A stretch of 24,000 bases of DNA from Brenneria roseae subsp. roseae (lineage in GTDB: Bacteria; Pseudomonadota; Gammaproteobacteria; Enterobacterales; Enterobacteriaceae). The translations under genes and the position numbers were made by a program. Of the stretch, positions 18,998 to 24,000 are shown piece by piece; position 1 is the stretch's first letter, and the number at the start of each line of letters is the position of its first letter. The notes below the pieces were generated by a model. It was given only the letters and a program-made list of their open reading frames with translations. It did not search any database and was not told where the DNA came from. The stretch is taken from NCBI RefSeq assembly GCF_003115845.1, contig NZ_KZ819023.1, forward strand, positions 124,920 to 148,919, written 5' to 3'.

Positions 18998-20302
18998 TTG
19001 ACATCACCAACCAAAAAAATCGTTATTGTCGGCGGGGGAGCCGGCGGACTTGAACTGGCAACCAGTCTGGGCCATAAGTTAGGCCGCAAGAAAAAAGCGG
19101 AAGTAACGCTGGTTGATCGTAACCACAGCCATCTGTGGAAACCGTTGTTGCACGAAGTGGCAACCGGATCGCTGGATGACGACATGGATGCGCTGAGCTA
19201 TCTGGCTCATGCCCGCAACCACTTCTTCCAGTTTCAACTCGGTATGTTGACGGATATCGATCGCGAGCAGAAGCGCATCCAACTGGCGGAAATTCGTGAT
19301 GAGCAGGGTGAACTGCTGGTGGCCGCCCGCAAAATACCTTACGACATTCTGGTGATTGCGTTAGGCAGTACCTCGAACGACTTTGGCACGCCGGGCGTAA
19401 AAGATCACTGTATCTTCCTGGATAACCCTAAACAGGCCCGTCGTTTTCACAATGAAATGCTGAATCTGTTCCTGAAATTCACCGCCAACACGGATGGAAA
19501 AGAACGGGTAAATATCGCGATAGTCGGTGGTGGGGCAACCGGCGTTGAACTGTCCGCCGAACTGCATAACGCGGTGAAACAGCTGCACAGCTACGGTTTC
19601 GATGGTCTGGATAAGGAAACGCTGAATGTTACGCTGGTTGAAGCCGGTGAGCGTATTTTGCCTGCGCTGCCACCGCGTATTTCAGCGGCAGCGCATCAGG
19701 AACTGACGAATATCGGTGTCCGTGTTCTTACCAAAACGATGGTGACCAGCGCTGAACCAGGCGGTTTGAATACCAAAGACGGCGAATTTATTGATGCCGA
19801 TCTGATGGTATGGGCCGCCGGGATTAAAGCGCCGGACGCGATGAAGGAGATTGCCGGTCTGGAAACCAACCGTATCAACCAGCTTGTGGTTGAGCCGACG
19901 TTGCAGACGACCCGCGATCCTGACATTTTTGCCATTGGCGATTGTGCGTCCTGCCCGCAGGAAGGCGGTGGTTTTGTTCCTCCACGGGCGCAGGCGGCAC
20001 ACCAGATGGCCTCCCGCTGCCATGGCAACATACTGGCGCTGCTGAGCGGCCAGACGCTGAAGCCTTATGTGTATAAAGACCATGGTTCACTGGTGTCACT
20101 GTCCAAGTTCAGTACGGTGGGTAGCCTGATGGGTAACCTGATGCGTGGTTCGGTCATGGTGGAAGGGCGCATTGCGCGTTTTGTTTACATTTCCCTATAC
20201 CGTATGCACCAGATTGCACTGCATGGCTATGTGAAGACCGGCTTGATGATGCTGGTCGGCGGCATCAACCGCGTTATTCGTCCTCGTCTTAAACTGCACT
20301 AA
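18998..20302 (+). CDS. ndh: Type II NADH:quinone oxidoreductase (NDH-2)
   Basis: 434 aa, collinear with E. coli Ndh. It has two GxGxxG motifs ([10 protein letters not shown]; [10 protein letters not shown]) and the C-terminus [12 protein letters not shown]. An in-frame TAG at 18986-18988 leaves TTG 18998 as the only canonical start ahead of the conserved N-terminus. AGGGGG lies 5 nt upstream. Confidence 0.95.
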   Translation: MTSPTKKIVIVGGGAGGLELATSLGHKLGRKKKAEVTLVDRNHSHLWKPLLHEVATGSLDDDMDALSYLAHARNHFFQFQLGMLTDIDREQKRIQLAEIRDEQGELLVAARKIPYDILVIALGSTSNDFGTPGVKDHCIFLDNPKQARRFHNEMLNLFLKFTANTDGKERVNIAIVGGGATGVELSAELHNAVKQLHSYGFDGLDKETLNVTLVEAGERILPALPPRISAAAHQELTNIGVRVLTKTMVTSAEPGGLNTKDGEFIDADLMVWAAGIKAPDAMKEIAGLETNRINQLVVEPTLQTTRDPDIFAIGDCASCPQEGGGFVPPRAQAAHQMASRCHGNILALLSGQTLKPYVYKDHGSLVSLSKFSTVGSLMGNLMRGSVMVEGRIARFVYISLYRMHQIALHGYVKTGLMMLVGGINRVIRPRLKLH

Positions 20303-20312
20303 TGTTGACACG

Positions 20313-20335
20313 CCGCCTGCGAACCGCAGGCGGTT
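20313..20335 (+). terminator. Possible terminator after ndh
   Basis: CCGCCTGCG-AAC-CGCAGGCGG forms a perfect 9-bp GC-rich stem 11 nt after the ndh stop. Only TT follows, so the U-tract is weak. Confidence 0.45.
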
Positions 20336-20662
20336 GCGATCTGAAATCCCATCCTGACTATTCCAGAATAAAATATCGTCCTATGGCCGATTCTCGTTAA
20401 GACAATTCTCAAATGATAGTTTTATGTTACGAAAGTGACATTTTTGGTTAATTAGTCTTATTGCGGGTGCCGAAAACATTGTGCAGACTCCTCACTGTTT
20501 ACAGGCGGCGTAGCGCGCACGTCGCGAATCCTGAGTGAAAGGTATTCAGGAGAAATCATCGGATCCATCGCGTATAACGCGAAGCGTAATGAAGATAAAG
20601 CATCTTTAACACGCGGGGCGAGGGTGGGGGAAATGCGCGGAAATATATTCGGGAGGTATCCT

Positions 20663-21202
20663 GTGAACAAGTCAATGTTAGCGGGGGTAGGTATCGGCGT
20701 AGTTGCTGCATTGGGTGTAGCGGCAGTGGCGAGTATGGATGTGTTTTCATCTAAACCGCAGTATGCGCAGGTACTTACGGCAACACCAATAAAAGAAACG
20801 GTTAAAACCCCTCGTCAGGAGTGTCGTAATGTCGCTGTCACAAATCGTCGTCCGGTTCAGGATGAACATAAAATCGCCGGTTCGGTGTTAGGCGCGGTGG
20901 CGGGCGGTGTACTGGGTCACCAGTTTGGCGGCGGTCGCGGTAAAGATGTGGCGACAGTCGCCGGGGCTTTGGCGGGCGGCTATGCCGGTAACAAAGTTCA
21001 AGGCAGTATGCAGGAAAATGATACGTATACGACAACCCAGCAGCGTTGCCAGACGGTCTACGATAAATCGCAGAAAATCCTGGGTTATGACGTTACCTAT
21101 AAAATTGGCGACCAGCAGGGTAAAATCCGCATGGATCGCGATCCCGGAACACAGATTCCGGTAGACAGAAACGGTCAGTTGATTCTGAACCAGCAGAGTT
21201 AA
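20663..21202 (+). CDS. ycfJ: Glycine-zipper membrane/outer-membrane-associated protein YcfJ
   Basis: GTG 20663 gives VNKSMLAGVGIGVVAALGVAAVAS (E. coli MNKSMLAGIGIGVAAALGVAAVAS). GGGAGG (20651-20656) lies 6 nt upstream. It is 179 aa, as in E. coli, with a Gly-rich GGVLGHQFGGGRGKDVATVAGALAGGYAGN segment. The track start 20624 adds non-conserved residues. Confidence 0.9.
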   Translation: MNKSMLAGVGIGVVAALGVAAVASMDVFSSKPQYAQVLTATPIKETVKTPRQECRNVAVTNRRPVQDEHKIAGSVLGAVAGGVLGHQFGGGRGKDVATVAGALAGGYAGNKVQGSMQENDTYTTTQQRCQTVYDKSQKILGYDVTYKIGDQQGKIRMDRDPGTQIPVDRNGQLILNQQS

Positions 21203-21240
21203 TCTTTCAGAATCCGCTCTTTGTGCTGACACCCGGTAAT

Positions 21241-21280
21241 AAAACCGCGGGAAACCTATTCTGGTTTCCCGCGGTTTTTT
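21241..21280. terminator. Strong bidirectional intrinsic terminator between convergent ycfJ and the yegD-like gene
   Basis: AAAACCGCGGGAAACC-TATTCT-GGTTTCCCGCGGTTTT is a perfect 16-bp inverted repeat with a 12-bp GC-rich core. T6 lies on the + strand and T4 on the - strand. Confidence 0.85.
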
Positions 21281-21299
21281 AGCATACAGAGAAAAGGTT

Positions 21300-21326
21300 A
21301 CGGCGTGTGGGGCGGAGAAACGCCGT
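21300..21326 (-). terminator. Possible terminator hairpin just downstream of the yegD-like stop
   Basis: ACGGCGT..13 nt..ACGCCGT forms a 7-bp stem 7 nt beyond the - strand stop (21333-21335). On the - strand it is followed by AACCTTTTCTC. The loop is long and support is weak. Confidence 0.3.
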
Positions 21327-21332
21327 GTTCAC

Positions 21333-22022
21333 CTATTTTCTGAACATGATGGCGGCCCAACGCGCCAGCCCGGCGGTGACGGAGCCAAAATCATTACCGC
21401 TGGCGATGGGGATCGCAGGAAGCAGCTGTGCAATCGCCTGTTTCAGAATGGGGGAACGCGCACTTCCCCCCGTCAGATAGATGACATCCGGCTGCGTTTG
21501 GCTGGCTTTCAGTGCCAGTGTGATCTGCTGCTGAATACGCATCAATGGCTGGGTAATGGCGCTATTCAGTTCGTCGGCTGTTATGGCGACCGCAAGATCG
21601 GGATCAATAAAATGCAGGTCGGCCATCGCTTGCGGCCGGTCGGAGAGCGTGATTTTGCTCTCTTCGGCCCGTTGAACCAGCCGGTAGCTTAACCGCTGCC
21701 GCCAGACGGTCAACAGGCGTTTGACCTGTTCAGGCTGGCGGGCATCTCGAATCATTTCATTGATTAAGGTACGACAGGCCGGGCTATAGAATTCCTTCTG
21801 AGCCGGAATATCGTTAATCGCAACGGCGTTCCACCATGCCATGATTGGCAGAGCGATCCCCTTTTCGGTTTCACCGTTCATCCCCAACAACGGCATCAAT
21901 TGTTTAAACGCCAGCATGATATCAAGGTCGTTACCGCCAACGCGACAACCGCTGTGACCCAACAGACTTTGATGACGGTCATGTTGCTGGCGCCACTCGG
22001 GTTCCATCAGCAGTATGGAATA
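21333..22022 (-). pseudogene. yegD: 5'-truncated yegD-like Hsp70/actin-fold ATPase gene (C-terminal half only)
   Basis: The translation SLLGHSGCRVGGNDLD..GIALPIMAWWNAVAINDIPAQ..VWRQRLSYRLV..DVIYLTGGSARSP..DFGSVTAGLARWA matches residues ~225-450 of E. coli YegD (450 aa) as I recall it. Similarity stops at ..SILLMEPEW (about nt 22020). Upstream in frame is RKVYHNY and a TAG (22041-22043), where DIGGGTTD is expected. The N-terminal ATPase lobe is absent. Confidence 0.8.
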
Positions 22023-22045
22023 GTTGTGATATACTTTACGCTACA

Positions 22046-22377
22046 ATGAACAGCTGGAAAATCATAATTAAATCATAAAGTTATCCACGTATCAGTACTT
22101 TACAACAATCAAATGGTTTTGGTATTGAAAGACAGGTACAAACAGTAAGTGATTTTCTACAGTATGCCACGGTAGATCATCGCCTCGGTTATCAACTTGA
22201 TTCCAACGATTTTGAAGTACTTGAATCAGATTTAGGTAAATCCGCCTTTAAGGAGATGAACTGGAAGCCTAATAGCTCACTCGTAAGTTCTATAATGATG
22301 TTCTCAGTGGGCGTATCACTAGTGGCGTTCTTATTGTTGAAAACATAGACCGCCTTACACGTCATAAGCAACTATGA
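22046..22377 (+). pseudogene. Decayed serine recombinase (catalytic resolvase-type N-terminal domain only)
   Basis: **Frame 1:** MNSWKIIIKS*SYPRISTLQQSNGFGIERQVQTVSDFLQY..ESDLGKSAFK. It matches Y-x-R-V/I-S-T-x-x-Q, with the catalytic Ser codon at 22094-22096, and DLGxSAF+G.
**After a 1-nt shift near 22252:** GDELEA**LTRKFYNDVLSGRITSGVLIVENIDRLTRHKQL*. This carries the E-x-x-DRL-x-R motif.
**Lesions:** TAA at 22076-22078, a frameshift around 22252, tandem TAA TAG at 22270-22275, and no recognisable downstream recombinase domains. Confidence 0.72.
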
Positions 22378-22680
22378 GTAACACCTCGCATTGCTCGTTG
22401 CTACTGACCAGATGCCTTGTTCATTCGCTACTTGGAAGTAGCTCATTCACTGCGTTATCTGCTTTCTGATTGTAGTAGTACTCCATCATTAACTGGTCCC
22501 CAAAGTCTCTTTGAGTAACTACGCGGTCGTAAACTCCCTTGTCAGGTCGTCGGCTGTTTAAGCCTCCTAATCATCTACTCACAAGTGACCGAAGGGAACA
22601 ACCCCGATCCAATAATTACATCCCATAATGGTGAAAAGTACATCATTACTTATTACAGTACTGAATATGATTTTGATATG

Positions 22681-23613
22681 CTATTGGAATAATTTCTGCC
22701 AAAAAACAATAGGTGTTGAGGCATCAAAACCCAGGCCGAATCTGAAGAATATCCATGTACATAGAAATAATACAATGAGAAGAATGATTGCTAATACTGT
22801 TTTTCCTAAAAGACGAACAGCAATTGATGAAAGTTGCCCTAATAGTTCAAATTTACTATGTATTCTAATATCGTAACTAGTAATAAAAACATGGACCGAT
22901 TTGTTCTTGGAAACAGTGCCAATAACTAGTAATGTTATCAATGTGAAGTATATAGTCCCAAATAAAATAATAGATAAGAAACTTAATTCTGGAGTGCTGT
23001 GAAATTTGATAGTGATGAGCAACATTATTATTGCTAGCCAGCTCATTTGGATTACAGAGAAAAGTAAAAAGTTTAACTTAGCAATAGATGACCTATATCT
23101 ACTCGATACTAAATGAGTCGAGTAAAGCCTACCACTAAACATAGGTTCAAGCATTGAGATATGTGTTTCCCAATTTTTCTTCCAGTACTCACCACTTACA
23201 GACATAAACTGACAAAGAGATGTAATTACTACACCGATAAATGAAACCGCACCAATTGCTATAAGTATAGTACTGTCTCTTTTATCTAAATCATCAGGTT
23301 TAAAATAAGCTGAGAATAATAATCCACAAATGGTTAGTAACGCAGCTATTAATGTCCAACAGTAGGTGGCTCTTTTCCAGTACAGGTCAACTTCGATATT
23401 CCTTATTTGATGTGCTTTATCATATGCTTCTCTAAGTACTGTAACATCGTTTATAGAAATGGTATTTTCCCTTGTTATTCTATTACCAAGTAATGCCGAG
23501 AAATAGTTTCTATGAGAATTAACATAGTCAATTACGAATGGATCTACTTCATTACCAGTCATTGCTAATTTCTCGGGTGTATTTTTGACTTTTTTCTGAC
23601 TCATCCAGAACAT
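22681..23613 (-). CDS. Uncharacterised 310-aa integral membrane protein: ~80-aa polar N-terminal domain plus five predicted TM segments
   Basis: A 310-codon ORF is open in ~30% G+C DNA, where stop codons are frequent, so it is unlikely by chance. AAAGG lies 6 nt upstream of the ATG. Hydrophobic segments fall at about residues 83-104, 115-137, 180-202, 211-234 and 272-294. I recognise no catalytic motif. Confidence 0.8.
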   Translation of the reverse strand: MFWMSQKKVKNTPEKLAMTGNEVDPFVIDYVNSHRNYFSALLGNRITRENTISINDVTVLREAYDKAHQIRNIEVDLYWKRATYCWTLIAALLTICGLLFSAYFKPDDLDKRDSTILIAIGAVSFIGVVITSLCQFMSVSGEYWKKNWETHISMLEPMFSGRLYSTHLVSSRYRSSIAKLNFLLFSVIQMSWLAIIMLLITIKFHSTPELSFLSIILFGTIYFTLITLLVIGTVSKNKSVHVFITSYDIRIHSKFELLGQLSSIAVRLLGKTVLAIILLIVLFLCTWIFFRFGLGFDASTPIVFWQKLFQ

Positions 23614-23645
23614 AATAAACCTTTATTGATTTTGATGGATTTAGT

Positions 23646-23667
23646 TATATGAATCTTTCTTCATATA
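23646..23667. repeat. 8-bp perfect inverted repeat (candidate operator) in the divergent intergenic region
   Basis: TATATGAA-TCTTTC-TTCATATA lies 33-54 nt upstream of the 310-aa gene ATG (23613) and 63-84 nt upstream of the + strand small ORF. The AT-rich context raises the chance expectation. Confidence 0.3.
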
Positions 23668-23729
23668 TTATGATTTTTACTATGCAAGCGTTCTATAGGC
23701 AACAAGATGGCACGATATGGGGAACCATC

Positions 23730-23813
23730 ATGTCAGATGCTAAGTTACGAATGACACGCGATAAGGCCATTGAACTATATAAGCTACGTACAAGTACAGA
23801 TCTGGAAGGATAA
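23730..23813 (+). CDS. Hypothetical 27-aa hydrophilic peptide (MSDAKLRMTRDKAIELYKLRTSTDLEG)
   Basis: The ATG is preceded by GGGGA (23719-23723) at 6 nt. The stop (23811-23813) lies 6 nt before a perfect hairpin with a T-run. It is divergent from the 310-aa gene. It is too short for statistical support and could instead mark a small RNA. Confidence 0.25.
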   Translation: MSDAKLRMTRDKAIELYKLRTSTDLEG

Positions 23814-23818
23814 ATGGT

Positions 23819-23851
23819 AAAGTACTGGAACCATCAATTCCAGTACTTTTT
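23819..23851. terminator. Perfect 12-bp hairpin, terminator-like (better U-tract on + strand)
   Basis: AAAGTACTGGAA-CCATCAA-TTCCAGTACTTT is followed by TT, giving T5 overall on the + strand. On the - strand only TTT follows. It could terminate the + strand small transcript, a - strand gene ending at 23913, or both. Confidence 0.55.
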
Positions 23852-23912
23852 CATTGAGCAACTAGGCTTGGATTTAATTATAAGATTGGAGTTGGCATCC
23901 ATATCACGCTAA

Positions 23913-24000
23913 TTATTTCAATTTTAATAATGGTGTTCGAATGTTATTAACGATATCATCTATAAGGTACAATTCATTGGAAAGGGAATTTATATGGCTA
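23913..24000 (-). CDS. Possible 3' end of a further island gene entering from beyond the window (..SHINSLSNELYLIDDIVNNIRTPLLKLK*)
   Basis: The - strand frame is open from the window edge for 28 codons and ends at TAA (23915-23913), 62 nt before the hairpin. I see no homology, and the length is too short to be significant. Confidence 0.2.
   Translation of the reverse strand, partial: SHINSLSNELYLIDDIVNNIRTPLLKLK

Larger units (their letters stand above)
22020..24000. mobile_element. AT-rich horizontally acquired island, left junction plus first ~2 kb (continues beyond the window)
   Basis: There is an abrupt loss of yegD homology and a drop in G+C. Hand counts of three 60-nt lines (22921-, 23041-, 23221-) give 13, 18 and 21 G+C of 60, against 40 of 60 for line 21361- in the adjacent gene. 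A serine-recombinase remnant lies 26 bp inside the junction. The right end is not visible. Confidence 0.7.

Noticed and set aside
20336-20750. An unusually long (~330 nt) non-coding stretch upstream of ycfJ. It contains two overlapping - strand ORFs (20458-20670, 20556-20750) and a 6-bp hairpin (TCCTGA..TCAGGA, 20529-20551). I considered it as a riboswitch, sRNA or small gene.
   Set aside because: The - strand ORFs overlap the ycfJ start and have Pro/Arg-rich, non-protein-like translations. The hairpin is short, and I recognise no known riboswitch core. The evidence is insufficient without covariation or transcript data.
22628-22876. 82-aa + strand ORF at the 3' end of the 310-aa gene.
   Set aside because: It is antisense to the much longer and better supported - strand ORF. 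Its translation is Asn/Ile/Lys-rich, as expected from AT-rich antisense sequence, and it has no SD.
23814-23912. 32-codon + strand ORF (MVKYWNHQFQYFFIEQ..) that starts at the ATG immediately after the TAA of the 27-codon ORF (TAAATG). I considered it as a translationally coupled second peptide.
   Set aside because: The perfect 12-bp terminator-like hairpin (23819-23851) lies inside its first 13 codons, so a transcript ending there could not encode it. It could only be real if the hairpin is not a + strand terminator.
1-24000. A window-wide scan by eye for CRISPR arrays, tRNA/rRNA genes, REP/ERIC-type repeats, intact IS elements with terminal inverted repeats, and direct repeats flanking the 11.6-14.7 kb insert.
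   Set aside because: I recognised none of these. A by-eye scan cannot exclude short or degenerate repeats, so tRNAscan-SE, Infernal, ISfinder BLAST and a self-dotplot would be the decisive checks.

Overview
This is a chromosomal segment of an Enterobacterales bacterium. Gene order and protein sequences follow E. coli K-12 b1090-b1110 almost gene for gene, and the backbone is roughly half G+C. The genus cannot be fixed without a database search.

- **nt 1-11.6k (+ strand):** plsX (5' end cut by the window)-fabH-fabD-fabG-acpP-fabF-pabC-mltG-tmk-holB-ycfH-ptsG. Terminators are recognisable, and the ptsG CRP/Mlc/SgrS control region is conserved.
- **nt 11.6-14.7k:** a lineage-variable slot (fhuE in E. 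coli) holds an 858-aa PAS-PAS-GAF-GGDEF-EAL c-di-GMP protein with an SGDEF motif.
- **nt 14.7-21.3k:** hinT-ycfL-lpoB-thiK-nagZ-ycfP-ndh-ycfJ, with a perfect FNR box upstream of ndh.
- **nt 21.3-22.0k (- strand):** only the 3' half of a yegD-like Hsp70-family gene is present.
- **nt ~22020 to the window end:** homology and base composition break abruptly into an AT-rich island. It contains:
  - a decayed serine-recombinase gene 26 bp inside the junction;
  - about 300 bp with no convincing ORF;
  - a well-supported 310-aa five-TM protein whose function I cannot assign;
  - a divergent control region with an 8-bp inverted repeat, a 27-codon ORF and a perfect 12-bp hairpin.

About 90% of the window is ordinary housekeeping DNA. 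The only candidate for something new is the last 2 kb. The window edge cuts it, so any 'system' call is provisional. I saw no rRNA, tRNA, CRISPR array or intact IS element. All homology statements rest on my recollection of E. coli proteins and family motifs, not on searches.
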